The notes under the pieces: generated by a model
Told to the model about the DNA's origin: nothing
Databases searched by the model: none
What the model saw: only the letters and a program-made list of their open reading frames with translations
Assembly: GCA_965222375.1 (NCBI GenBank)
Contig: CBDCTZ010000013.1
Span: 352,001-416,000, forward strand
Reading direction: 5' to 3'
Source: Polyangiaceae bacterium
GTDB lineage: Bacteria > Myxococcota_A > Polyangia > Polyangiales > Polyangiaceae
Length of the DNA stretch: 64,000 nt
Shown: in pieces, positions 28,258 to 37,685 of the stretch
Numbering within the stretch: the first letter of the stretch is position 1
Layout of the letters: every line of letters starts with the position of its first letter
Translations under genes and position numbers: made by a program

Positions 28258-29607
28258 CTACTTGTCGATCAGGACGAAACCTTCGCCCTGCATGTCCAGC
28301 CTCACGGCCACTCCGCCGAGCTTCGCGTTGCCTCGGGCGCGCCCAGCCACGTAGACGCAATCCCCCACGTCGAAACTGATCACCCGAACGGGACCGAAGG
28401 TCTTGCTGACGGTCTGGCCACCCGCGTCGTCGAGGGCGAGCAGCTCGGCTGTGCCGTAGGGTTCCGCACCCGTGTTCAGCGCGAACGTCCGGCCCTGCTC
28501 ATCCCGGCGCACGTCGGCGACGGGCCTCGAGGTGCGCATCGACCAGCGATGGCTGTGCGCGGAGTCGAAGGAAGCGAGGAATCCAGCCCGCCCCTGCGTC
28601 GTGAGCAAGCCACCCCCGAAGTCCACGGGCGCGTCCATGTATCCGCCCAAGGTCACCGAGTCGGGGCCAAGCGCCAGCCCACGCCCCTGGTACTGACCGC
28701 CCGTGGCGGGGTAGCTGACCACGCTCGTGGTCGAACCGTCCACGGCGTTGAGCACGACGTGAAATACGTCAAAGTCAGGGGTCACGATGGGTTTGCCGGG
28801 TTCAAACTCGACGGCCCCGCTTTGGCTTCCGGCAAACACCAGCCGTCCCGCCGGATCGATCGCGAATCCCGTTGGGCTCGAAAAACCACTCACTCCGCGT
28901 ATCTCACGCCGCCACACTTCATTGCCCCCTTCGTCGAGACGCGCAAAGAAGCGAAAGCTCTGGGCGGGCGTTGGGTTCGACAAGCCGGTGATGTAGGTCA
29001 CGTCATCGCCCAAGGTCGCCAGCGCGTCGGCGCGAGTCCTGAGCAAGCTCTGCTGCCACTTCACACTGCCGGTGGGATCAAACGCAACCACGGTTGTCGT
29101 AGCCGCACTGGAGATCTTGCTCGTGAGTGCAGCCACGAAACCGCCGGACTCATAGGCAGCCAATGCAGAAGGCTCGTCGCGAACTTGAGTGGGATCGGCC
29201 TTGGTTTGGTCCTGGGAGCCGAAGAACCAGCCCTGAATCACCTCGCCTGCGCTGTCGTACTGGACCAACGCGGTGTCCGTGTTGCCGATGTTCGACACCT
29301 CTTTGCCGTCGACGACGATGGTCCCGCTAAAGGAGCTGGCGACCATGAACGCGCCGGTCGAATCGGCTCGAATCACGCTCGGGGCGACTCCTTTGCCCAA
29401 GCGCAGCAGGTGTGGCGGCCCGTCGCCACACACGGGTGCGGCAGCGGTCCCGGCCGCACCTGGGATCGAAAGCTCCGAGCGACTGCCACATGCCGTCAAC
29501 AGCAACGCCACCGCGCCAAGGGCGGCCCGACGCGAGAGTAGCGGCCCTTCCTGAACAGGGCCCCGACCCCAAACCCAACGGCGACTCGAAAGGGTCGAAT
29601 CGGACAT
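28258..29607 (-). CDS. Lipoprotein with beta-propeller (SBBP-like) repeats
   Basis: LLTACGSRSEL lipobox; repeated F.ARLD.GG..VW, VDFGGG motifs. Confidence 0.75.
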   Translation of the reverse strand: MSDSTLSSRRWVWGRGPVQEGPLLSRRAALGAVALLLTACGSRSELSIPGAAGTAAAPVCGDGPPHLLRLGKGVAPSVIRADSTGAFMVASSFSGTIVVDGKEVSNIGNTDTALVQYDSAGEVIQGWFFGSQDQTKADPTQVRDEPSALAAYESGGFVAALTSKISSAATTTVVAFDPTGSVKWQQSLLRTRADALATLGDDVTYITGLSNPTPAQSFRFFARLDEGGNEVWRREIRGVSGFSSPTGFAIDPAGRLVFAGSQSGAVEFEPGKPIVTPDFDVFHVVLNAVDGSTTSVVSYPATGGQYQGRGLALGPDSVTLGGYMDAPVDFGGGLLTTQGRAGFLASFDSAHSHRWSMRTSRPVADVRRDEQGRTFALNTGAEPYGTAELLALDDAGGQTVSKTFGPVRVISFDVGDCVYVAGRARGNAKLGGVAVRLDMQGEGFVLIDK

Positions 29608-29623
29608 GCAGTGGAATCCTCAG

Positions 29624-30376
29624 CTACTCGCCAGTGATACGGGCTAGCTCTTCGTCGGAGACGTCGAAGTCGGCGTAGACGTTTTGCACGTCGTCTTGAT
29701 CGTCCAGCGCGTCGACCAAGTTGAGGCAGTTCTCTGCATCGTTGCCGGAGACGTTCTTCTTGGTCTTCGGCACGTAGGCGAGCTTGCTCTCTTGCAGCTG
29801 GAGGCCGGCCTTCTCGAGAGCGGCACTGACGTCGTAGAGGCGCTCGGGTGGCGTGTACACAATCCAGATCTCGCCCTCGTCCCGATAGTCGTCAGCGTCG
29901 GCTTCCAGGGCGGCCTCCATCAGGGCGTCTTCGCTGACCTTGGACTTGTCCAACATGATCAGGCCGAAGCGATCGAAGGCCCAGCCCGCTGTCCCACTGG
30001 TGCCCAGGGTACTGTTGCGCCGCTCGAAGATTTTCCGCAGCTCGGCGACGGTGCGATTGCGGTTATCGGTCATGCCCTCGACCAAGAAGAGCGTGCCCCC
30101 AGGGCCCGTGCCTTCGTACAAAACCTCGGTGTATTCAGCGCCTTCTAGATCCCCCGTACCGCGGTCGATGGCACGCTTGATGGTGTCCGCGGGCATCTGC
30201 TGGCCCTTGGCGTCGCCAACGGCTTTGCGCAGGCGCGGGTTGCCGTCGATGTCACCGCCGCCCATGCGCGCGGCCGTGGTGATTTCGCGGATCAGCTTGG
30301 TGAAGAGCTTCCCGCGGGCAGCGTCGATGGCGCCCTTCTTGCGTTTGATTGTTGCCCACTTGGAATGGCCACTCAT
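29624..30376 (-). CDS. yebC: YebC/PmpR family protein
   Basis: MSGHSKWATIKRKKG, YEG.GPGG, TDNRNRT, DDVQNVY. Confidence 0.97.
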   Translation of the reverse strand: MSGHSKWATIKRKKGAIDAARGKLFTKLIREITTAARMGGGDIDGNPRLRKAVGDAKGQQMPADTIKRAIDRGTGDLEGAEYTEVLYEGTGPGGTLFLVEGMTDNRNRTVAELRKIFERRNSTLGTSGTAGWAFDRFGLIMLDKSKVSEDALMEAALEADADDYRDEGEIWIVYTPPERLYDVSAALEKAGLQLQESKLAYVPKTKKNVSGNDAENCLNLVDALDDQDDVQNVYADFDVSDEELARITGE

Positions 30377-30413
30377 GAGCGCTCTCCCTGACAGCCTGTA
30401 TTTTCGCGCAGGT

Positions 30414-31115
30414 TCATTGGGTGAGAAACCACTTTATCTTGCGACGAACTTCCAGGTGGAAGTGATCGTCGTGACGCCGGTCGTAATGGGGCGTCAAGAT
30501 CAAGTTGAAGGCTCTGCTTTCGTCGAGGGCACAGATGAACTTGCGCAGCACGCGCGCTTTTCCCTTCGGAGCAGGCGGGGCGTCGGGCCCGCAGGTCTTG
30601 CTACCGATGCCGGCACCCGCGAAGTCGCGTTTGACGCTGAAAACGCTGCCATCGGCCTTGACCAGCTCGACCACATCGATGGCGACGCCCGCAGCATGAC
30701 GCTGACCGGGGATCCGCGCCCAGCGGCCGCGATGAATGCTGTTGTAACGCACCCGCGTGAACCCGGCGTCGCGCACCACCACGGCCGCGTCGTCGAGGGA
30801 GAGCGCAAGGCGACAATCCATCACCGGGCCCTTGGGGTCCCGAGAAGTCGGGTGTGCGTTTTCGTAGTGCACGCCGCGCAGCGGTCCCGTCAGCCGAATC
30901 GGCGCGTCGATGGTGGGCACCGGCGGGCCCTTCTTGTGGGGCACCTTGCGGAGTTTGAGCTCTGCCATGCAGCTCACCCGACCCTGCGCGGCATGGCGGA
31001 ATGCACGCAGACGCTCGGGCCGGGGCGGGAACACCACCAAGGGGTTCTTCGCGTAGGAGTCGGCGGCCAACAACGCCACGGCCATCGCGATCCCAAATGC
31101 AGAATGCCGGGACAC
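30414..31115 (-). CDS. Exported Extensin-like_C domain protein (M15/LAS-type Zn motif)
   Basis: Signal peptide; MDCRLA.SL, HAAGVAIDV, ILTPHYD..HDDHFHLE. Confidence 0.8.
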   Translation of the reverse strand: MSRHSAFGIAMAVALLAADSYAKNPLVVFPPRPERLRAFRHAAQGRVSCMAELKLRKVPHKKGPPVPTIDAPIRLTGPLRGVHYENAHPTSRDPKGPVMDCRLALSLDDAAVVVRDAGFTRVRYNSIHRGRWARIPGQRHAAGVAIDVVELVKADGSVFSVKRDFAGAGIGSKTCGPDAPPAPKGKARVLRKFICALDESRAFNLILTPHYDRRHDDHFHLEVRRKIKWFLTQ

Positions 31116-31203
31116 GGCGCCGGAGAGTGCCCTCTGCCCAAGCCCCTGAAAACCCGGGATTTGCGCGAGGCCCTCCGGTCTGTCAAAATTAGTGTGAAGT
31201 TTC

Positions 31204-32865
31204 ATGCGTTTAGCCCCAAGTCTCGTCGCCGCTGCGCTGGCCCTTGCCTGCGCCTCCGACCGACCGGCGCCCCAGCTGAAACAGCGGATAAAGGCGGCGG
31301 CAGGCGCTGTGAGCCGGGCAGGCGCTCACGCCGTCGTCGCCGCCCCGAAGACGCCTCCGGAAACGAGCTGCGCCGAGCGCATTGCTGCCGTGCAGAAAGC
31401 CCCAGGGCTGCCCGGGACGCCCAGCCTCGACCACCAGCGGGCCCAGATCGTCGCGCGCTCCAAGGGCGAACCCGTCGTGTTCGTTCAGGCGCCGGCCTGG
31501 CCCAAGCCGACGCGACCGGAAATCGACGGCTACCGCAAGACCCTGGAAGGCAGTCGTTTTCCTTGGGACACCGTCGACTACTACATCAAGCAACTTGGAC
31601 ATTCCCCGCGCATCGCACGGCAGGTCTTCTTGCGAGATGGTTATCTGTACGCAGAAAGCGCCGACCTGAGCTGGTCTCTGTGGCAGAAGGTCGAGCTGTC
31701 CCACGTCTTCGACGAGGAGAAACTGATCATCGAGCGCGGCTCGGCAGAGCTCAGCGCCGTCAAACGAGGCAGCGAGTACGTGTACGCTGACGGCATCGAT
31801 CGCGGCAAGAAAGCCCGCCTGCTGCTCTTCGATCGCGTACGTGTCGCGGGACAGCCACGTGGGCCCATCCTACATCGCGATGTGCGCTCTGCCGCCCACG
31901 AACTACTCTTTGATCGCATGTCGGTGCTGCACCGCACCCAAGACCACCTGCTCACGAAAGTGCACTATGGTGACGTTCCGGTCACGATCTTGTTCAAGAG
32001 TCACGGTGCGAGCCTCGAAGCCGTGTGTGAGACCTTCGACGACAAACACAAAGACGCGCTGCAAGCTGCACGCAGCAAAGCCCATGTTCGAGCTCGGGTG
32101 CTCGCGGCAATTCGTCGCGTGATCCTGGAGCAAGTCAAAGAACAGTTGCCCTTCGACGAGCCCAAACGCGAGTGGGGCCAACAGGACGGCCACCTCAAAA
32201 GGCATTGGAAATCCGCCTATTTGAAGGGAGAAGACAGCTACGTCTTCAACTACGACCACTACCCGGTGTTCTCCGAAAAAGGGCAGCCCGCGCCGCCACA
32301 GGTCTGCATCGACTTCATCACCGAAACCTTCGAACGCAGCTCCGGCACCTGGTGGCGTCCGAAGCACAAAAAGCGCGAGCGCACCCGTGGCGGGATCGTC
32401 TTCGACGAGCTGACCGACACGGACCGACGTCAAGTCCCGACCTTCGTAGCCTACGCGCAGAAGAAACCCGAGTGGTTCGAGGTCTACACCGTACCGACAC
32501 GTCGGCGGCTCCCCTATCTGTTCAAGAAGCGCTTCTATCGCTTCGTCGAACAGGAGCGCGGGCGTCTACAACCCGGCGACATCGTCGTCATCCGCGGGCT
32601 AGCGCCCTGGGATCACTACAACACGCCTCACTATCACACCTTCTTCGTGTATGAGCGAGACCCCATCACGGCCATGCCGATCCTTCTGGCCGGCAATGCT
32701 GGCAAGCCTCGCATCCAGAGCTGGGAACCCGTCATGGGTCGCACGCCCCATCGCAAGATCGAAACCGTGGTACGACCACGCCTGTCTTGGCTTGCTGGCG
32801 CAGTGCGCAATCAATCCGTTGGCACGGCGGCTTACGAAGCGCCGCCGCTCACAACCGAAAACTGA
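31204..32865 (+). CDS. Lipoprotein of unknown function; candidate papain/NlpC-P60-like Cys-His domain
   Basis: LALAC lipobox; PQVCIDFI, LQPGDIVVIRG, HYHTFFV. Confidence 0.7.
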   Translation: MRLAPSLVAAALALACASDRPAPQLKQRIKAAAGAVSRAGAHAVVAAPKTPPETSCAERIAAVQKAPGLPGTPSLDHQRAQIVARSKGEPVVFVQAPAWPKPTRPEIDGYRKTLEGSRFPWDTVDYYIKQLGHSPRIARQVFLRDGYLYAESADLSWSLWQKVELSHVFDEEKLIIERGSAELSAVKRGSEYVYADGIDRGKKARLLLFDRVRVAGQPRGPILHRDVRSAAHELLFDRMSVLHRTQDHLLTKVHYGDVPVTILFKSHGASLEAVCETFDDKHKDALQAARSKAHVRARVLAAIRRVILEQVKEQLPFDEPKREWGQQDGHLKRHWKSAYLKGEDSYVFNYDHYPVFSEKGQPAPPQVCIDFITETFERSSGTWWRPKHKKRERTRGGIVFDELTDTDRRQVPTFVAYAQKKPEWFEVYTVPTRRRLPYLFKKRFYRFVEQERGRLQPGDIVVIRGLAPWDHYNTPHYHTFFVYERDPITAMPILLAGNAGKPRIQSWEPVMGRTPHRKIETVVRPRLSWLAGAVRNQSVGTAAYEAPPLTTEN

Positions 32866-32945
32866 AACCCGCGTGCAGCCGGCGCGTGATGGCTCGGCGC
32901 GCCGGAATCCAGCGCTCGCGACGCAGCTGGCCCGCGTCGCCAGCT

Positions 32946-34481
32946 TCAGCGCAGCTCGCCTAGATCCTGCAAGATCCCCTCTTCGCCGGACTCCACGCCC
33001 TTCAGAGCGGTGATCTGCTTTCCGAGTTGCTCGCGAGCTGCGATCAGAGATCCCGCTTTCGACCGCCCCACCAGAATGCGAGGCGCCACCGGCGGCACCT
33101 CTGCGCCAAAACGCGCTCGAAACCGCTCCGGCCAATCGCGGCGGAAGCCATCCAGGTCGACCCGAAGACCAGCTCGCTCTGGCGCCGCCACGAGAATGAA
33201 CTCGTCGCCACCATCGCGGATCGGGCGAACGTGTTCCAAGGTCAGCAGCTCTTCTGCGAAGGCTCGCAACACCTGATCCCCACGCTCTTGGCCGAAGGCA
33301 TTGTTGAAGTTGCGGAAGCCGACCAGATCGATGAAGCCCAACTCCACTTCGCTATTGGACAGCCCGGGCAGCTCAGACAGCAGGCTGCACAAGTCGGAGA
33401 AATAGGCGTAGAAGGGCAGACGCGTTTTCTGATCACGATTGGCCGGTGCCAAGTACGGCCAGCGGAATCGAAGCGGAAAAGGCTGCTGCATCGCGACGAG
33501 AAGCGCGACGATTTCCGCACTGAGCCAGGGCGCTTCGGGGCCCAGCGCACGCCAGAGCCCATCCGGGCCCTGAGCATCCTTCAAGAAGCTCTTTGCGCGG
33601 CTCACGTCGTAGGTCGGATCGATGCGGACCATCAGATCGGCGGCTACCAGGCTCGTCAGCACATCCGCCTCGTCGCTCGCGTCACCCCAGCCGCCATCCG
33701 GCAGTTCCTCATCTCGCACGAACTCGACGATGGACGCCACGAGCTGCATGTCCGAGCCCAGCGCCAAGAGCGAGGACGCGAGCTGTGCACTCGCAGACAC
33801 GAGGGGCGTGCGGTGAAAGGGAAATCGGATCCCTTGTACCGGTCCGCGACCGCCTTCGACCCCAGCCGCGTAGCCCGTCGCGATGGCGACCGCCAGCGGA
33901 TGCAGCATGCTGAGCAGCCGCAGCCGGCGGGTCAGGCACCACAGGGCAAATGTGTCCGCCCAGGGATCGAGTCCCTGCACGAAGCGCGCGAAGTCCCGCC
34001 GCAAGACCGGCGCGACTTCCGCCAGAAGCCCGGCGGCCACTTCGTCACCGCCCTCGGCCGCTTCCGCGAGCAGCTCGGCGTTCTCGGTCAGGATGATCGG
34101 AGTGGCGAGGCGTTGCTCGAACTCGAAGGGATCCTTGGCGAGTAGAGGCGCTTCGGCGGCTCGCCAAGCTTGCCAGCGGGTCTCATCCGGAGCGTAGGGC
34201 GGCATGCTCACTCCGCGACGATGGCTGAGCTCCCAGCGGTAGCGCATGTCTCCGCGCGGGTTACCCGCCGCCCGCGACGCCCAGTATTCGAAGAGGGCGC
34301 TAAGGTCGATGTCTTGCCCCAGAGCACGCAATATCCTCGCGTGCGCGCCCGCAAAGGGCTCGGCGAAGTTCATTTCTTCGAGGGCGTGTTGCAGGGCATC
34401 TGCCGCGCGCTGGGCGACGGGGTCCTGCGTGTTTTGTACGCGACCCAAGAGCGCAGACGGAGGCGGAAGCGTCAGTCGCAT
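32946..34481 (-). CDS. GGDEF-domain protein with N-terminal prenyltransferase/squalene-cyclase-like repeats
   Basis: ELPDGGWG, AQGPDGLW; DQKTRLP, FIDLVGFRNFNNAFGQERGDQVL, IRDGGDEFILV. Confidence 0.8.
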   Translation of the reverse strand: MRLTLPPPSALLGRVQNTQDPVAQRAADALQHALEEMNFAEPFAGAHARILRALGQDIDLSALFEYWASRAAGNPRGDMRYRWELSHRRGVSMPPYAPDETRWQAWRAAEAPLLAKDPFEFEQRLATPIILTENAELLAEAAEGGDEVAAGLLAEVAPVLRRDFARFVQGLDPWADTFALWCLTRRLRLLSMLHPLAVAIATGYAAGVEGGRGPVQGIRFPFHRTPLVSASAQLASSLLALGSDMQLVASIVEFVRDEELPDGGWGDASDEADVLTSLVAADLMVRIDPTYDVSRAKSFLKDAQGPDGLWRALGPEAPWLSAEIVALLVAMQQPFPLRFRWPYLAPANRDQKTRLPFYAYFSDLCSLLSELPGLSNSEVELGFIDLVGFRNFNNAFGQERGDQVLRAFAEELLTLEHVRPIRDGGDEFILVAAPERAGLRVDLDGFRRDWPERFRARFGAEVPPVAPRILVGRSKAGSLIAAREQLGKQITALKGVESGEEGILQDLGELR

Positions 34482-34488
34482 TGCGCAG

Positions 34489-35331
34489 CTAGCCCTCGAC
34501 GTACTCGCCTTTGGCGAACGCGGCAATGCGATCCACGACGCGTCGCCCATCTTGCACGAACAGATCGTTGTGATTGGCTCCTTCGGCCAAGAACAACGTC
34601 GCGTTGGGGAATGCCTTGGCCAAGGCTTCGCCCATGTCCACGGGAATGATCTCGTCCTTGGTGCCGTGCACGACGAGGACGGGCAGGGTGATGTCAGCGG
34701 CTTTCTTCAGATTGGCGAACTCGTCCTTGAGCAACATGCGCACGGGCAAGATGGGAAAACTGCGCGCGGCGACATCCGGCACCGAAGTGAAGGGACTGAT
34801 CAAAATGAGCCGCGCGCCATGGCCTCGCTTGGCCATCTCGGTTGCGACGCCGCTGCCCAGGGATTGACCCTGCAGCACTACTTCTTCCGTCGGCACCTCC
34901 AGCCCATTGTGCAGATGCCACAGCGCCGACTCGGCATCCGTATACAGCAGGGACTCGCTCGGCTCGTCCTTCTTGGCCAGGCCGTAACCCGGGTATTCGA
35001 CGGCATAGAAACCGAGCCCCGCGCGGCGGAATGCCCAGGCGAGAGGCACGAGATCACCGAGCTCCTCTCCGTTGCCGTGGAAGTGCACCAGGGTAGGCGC
35101 ACCTGCGGGAGCGGGCACGTAGAAGGCGTGCACGGTCCTGCCATCCGGCGCTTTGACCTGGGTCATCCGGGCGCCGTCCATCTTTGGGACGTCACCCCGG
35201 GTCGGCGCGGGGAAAAGCAAACGGCGCTGGCCGAAATACGCGATCGCGCAAACCACCGAGTACGCGCCGATTAAGGTAAGAGCCACGTTCATCAGTTTCC
35301 GACCCGCCTTCACGGATTCAGAGCCTAGCAA
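34489..35331 (-). CDS. Membrane-anchored alpha/beta hydrolase (BEM46/ABHD-like)
   Basis: QRRLLFP, FHGNGE, EYPGYG, GQSLG, HGTKDEIIP, HND; start uncertain. Confidence 0.9.
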   Translation of the reverse strand: MLGSESVKAGRKLMNVALTLIGAYSVVCAIAYFGQRRLLFPAPTRGDVPKMDGARMTQVKAPDGRTVHAFYVPAPAGAPTLVHFHGNGEELGDLVPLAWAFRRAGLGFYAVEYPGYGLAKKDEPSESLLYTDAESALWHLHNGLEVPTEEVVLQGQSLGSGVATEMAKRGHGARLILISPFTSVPDVAARSFPILPVRMLLKDEFANLKKAADITLPVLVVHGTKDEIIPVDMGEALAKAFPNATLFLAEGANHNDLFVQDGRRVVDRIAAFAKGEYVEG

Positions 35332-35414
35332 AGCTGCTGGAGAAAACCTCAGCGCTCACAGCAGCGAGCGAAGCCGGCTTTGACGAGGGCGTTGCCCCGG
35401 GCTAACTGCTCCCA

Positions 35415-36800
35415 ATGAACTTACGGATCGCTGGGCTTTGCGCACTGTCCTTGATCGCGTGTTCGCCCGCAAAACCCGCGCGAGCACCGGACACGGGGCC
35501 GAAGCCGGGCGCGGACGCCGTCTTCGAGGTCCTCGAAGCGACCGGTAAGACCTACGTGATGCTCGGGCCAGCGTCATCGCCACCCGAAACGCGTTCCACG
35601 CCCATCGTCATCGGACACGGCTTGGCCCTCGAGATTTCCGGCGAGCGCCCCATCGATACCCCCTTGTCCTTCACGGTGGTCGGCACCCGAGGCGCATGCA
35701 CCAGCAGCGCGTCCACCCTCGTCAAGATCAGCGGCGGCAGCGCCTGGGTCGACGCGGTGAAATTGGACGGCTGCCGAGGGGATCCCGCAGAGCAGCGACT
35801 CGCACTGATGGGTCAGGTCACCGATGCCCGCTGGCTCGAACCCAAAGAGACCATGACCGCGGATGGCGAGCCGGTGCCGACGTCAGGTTTCTTCGAGGGC
35901 AGCCTGGACGGCAAGCTGATCGAACGGAAGATGACCTTCACGGGGCTCGACCTGTCCTTCGAACAGAAGTACCGAGAGCCGACTGAAGGCCCCGTGGCCA
36001 CCCGAGTGGTCGCCAACAACAAAACTATCAGCAGTTTCTACGCAACCTTGGATGCTGCAGTGCGCGCAGGACAGCGCTGGCTTTTCGTCGTGGCCAACGA
36101 TGATGGCGAGCGCAGCGTGCTCGAGCTGCGTGCCGACACCTTGCTGCCGCGGTTGGGCGTCGCGCCGCCGCCTGCGCCAATCAAAGACGAGCCCCCAGAG
36201 GCCGCCCCAAAACCCGCGGGCCCTGCCCTCGCCTCCAAGCCAGCCGCCGAGATCGACGGCGATTTGCGCGCGAGGCGCGCGCCGGAGAAGAACAAGAAGG
36301 GCGGCTTGTTCCTCGTGAATTCTCTGAAGAACGAGTCTGAGCGGGTAGACGCAGAACTCACCGACGAAAAGAACAAGACCCATCGCCTCGAGATCCACTG
36401 GCCCGCGGGCCTCGAAGTCCCCTTCGCCAAGGGCCAGCGCATCCGCATCACCAGCTACGCTACCGGCGGCGGCCCCAATCGCCGCACGAGCCTGGTGTGC
36501 GAGTCGGAAAACGGGCGTTTGCTACTCGCTGTGAACGCGTCCCCCAAAGCCTGGAAGGTGACCCGCGGCAAGTCCTACACCAAGGAGGTCACACCGGACC
36601 GTATCGTAGAGCGCTTTGCGGTCAGTTTCCAACACGGCGAAGCCAACGCGGAAACCCGAGAGCGCTGGGCCTCGTTGGAAACCTCCGAGGGCACCTACTA
36701 CCTCTTCGGAAACTCGGCCAAGGTGAGTCTGAAGAAGGGCCCGCGCCCTCCCGACTTCATGAGCGGCTGGTTGGACTACGCCATCGTATTGGCGCGCTAG
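35415..36800 (+). CDS. Lipoprotein of unknown function
   Basis: SLIAC lipobox; long ORF; two domains separated by a Pro-rich linker. Confidence 0.75.
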   Translation: MNLRIAGLCALSLIACSPAKPARAPDTGPKPGADAVFEVLEATGKTYVMLGPASSPPETRSTPIVIGHGLALEISGERPIDTPLSFTVVGTRGACTSSASTLVKISGGSAWVDAVKLDGCRGDPAEQRLALMGQVTDARWLEPKETMTADGEPVPTSGFFEGSLDGKLIERKMTFTGLDLSFEQKYREPTEGPVATRVVANNKTISSFYATLDAAVRAGQRWLFVVANDDGERSVLELRADTLLPRLGVAPPPAPIKDEPPEAAPKPAGPALASKPAAEIDGDLRARRAPEKNKKGGLFLVNSLKNESERVDAELTDEKNKTHRLEIHWPAGLEVPFAKGQRIRITSYATGGGPNRRTSLVCESENGRLLLAVNASPKAWKVTRGKSYTKEVTPDRIVERFAVSFQHGEANAETRERWASLETSEGTYYLFGNSAKVSLKKGPRPPDFMSGWLDYAIVLAR

Positions 36801-37570
36801 CCCTTGTTCAGCGTCGCTGCGAGGGTGCGCACAGCGGCTCGTGGGCTAACCCGCAAGCTGTGCATCGCGACTCTGTTCTTGAGCCCGTGCACGACCATGG
36901 GCTTGCCGCGCTTCATCGCGCGATAGGCTTCCTTGGCGACTTGCTCGGGCGAGGCAGCGCCCATTTGAAACAACTTCGTCTTGTCGTTGCCCGCCACCTG
37001 CGCAAACTCCGTGGCCGTTGCACCCGGGCAGCTGACCGTCGCGGTCACGCCGGTGTCCTTGAGTTCGAACCAAAGCGCCTCGGTGAAGCTATTCACGAAC
37101 GCTTTCGTCGCGTAGTAGACGGCCATGAACGGGCCCGGTTGAAAGCCCGCCGTCGACCCGATGTTCAAAATCCGCCCGCGCCCGCGAGTCAGCATCTTTG
37201 GAAGCACCAATCGCGTCAGGTGCACCAGGGACACCACGTTGACTTGGATTTGGCTCAACTCCCGCTCGATGTCCGACTCCGCAAAGGGCCCATTGGTGCC
37301 GAAACCGGCGTTGTTCACCAGGTAGTCGATCACCAGGCCTTCGCGCTCCACGGCCTCGACGATCTGCGCAGCGCTCTTCGGATCCCCCAAATCCGCGTCC
37401 ACGACCAGGGTGCGGACTCCATGCTCGGCGCTGAGCTGCTGCGAAAGTTCTTCCAAGCGGTCTCGTCGACGCGCGACGAGCACGAGACCCACGCCGTCCT
37501 TGGCGAAGAGCTTCGCGAGCTCTTTTCCAATCCCGGCGGAAGCCCCGGTGATGAGTGCCGTTTCGCTCAT
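36797..37570 (-). CDS. Short-chain dehydrogenase/reductase
   Basis: [19 protein letters not shown]. Confidence 0.95.
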   Translation of the reverse strand: MSETALITGASAGIGKELAKLFAKDGVGLVLVARRRDRLEELSQQLSAEHGVRTLVVDADLGDPKSAAQIVEAVEREGLVIDYLVNNAGFGTNGPFAESDIERELSQIQVNVVSLVHLTRLVLPKMLTRGRGRILNIGSTAGFQPGPFMAVYYATKAFVNSFTEALWFELKDTGVTATVSCPGATATEFAQVAGNDKTKLFQMGAASPEQVAKEAYRAMKRGKPMVVHGLKNRVAMHSLRVSPRAAVRTLAATLNKG

Positions 37571-37685
37571 AGGCCGGTCATATCACGCTCTTGGAGGGAA
37601 AAGAGGACGCGGCAGGAGCGCCATTTCGCCACGAAAAATCCGCGAAGGGCTGCAAAACCCCGGGCGCCGCGACTACCCTAGGCGG

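Noticed and set aside
32946..33420. GGDEF region as a Cas10/CRISPR polymerase palm domain
   Set aside because: The motif is GGDEF with a diguanylate-cyclase-type N-terminal signature, not GGDD; no CRISPR or CARF genes nearby.
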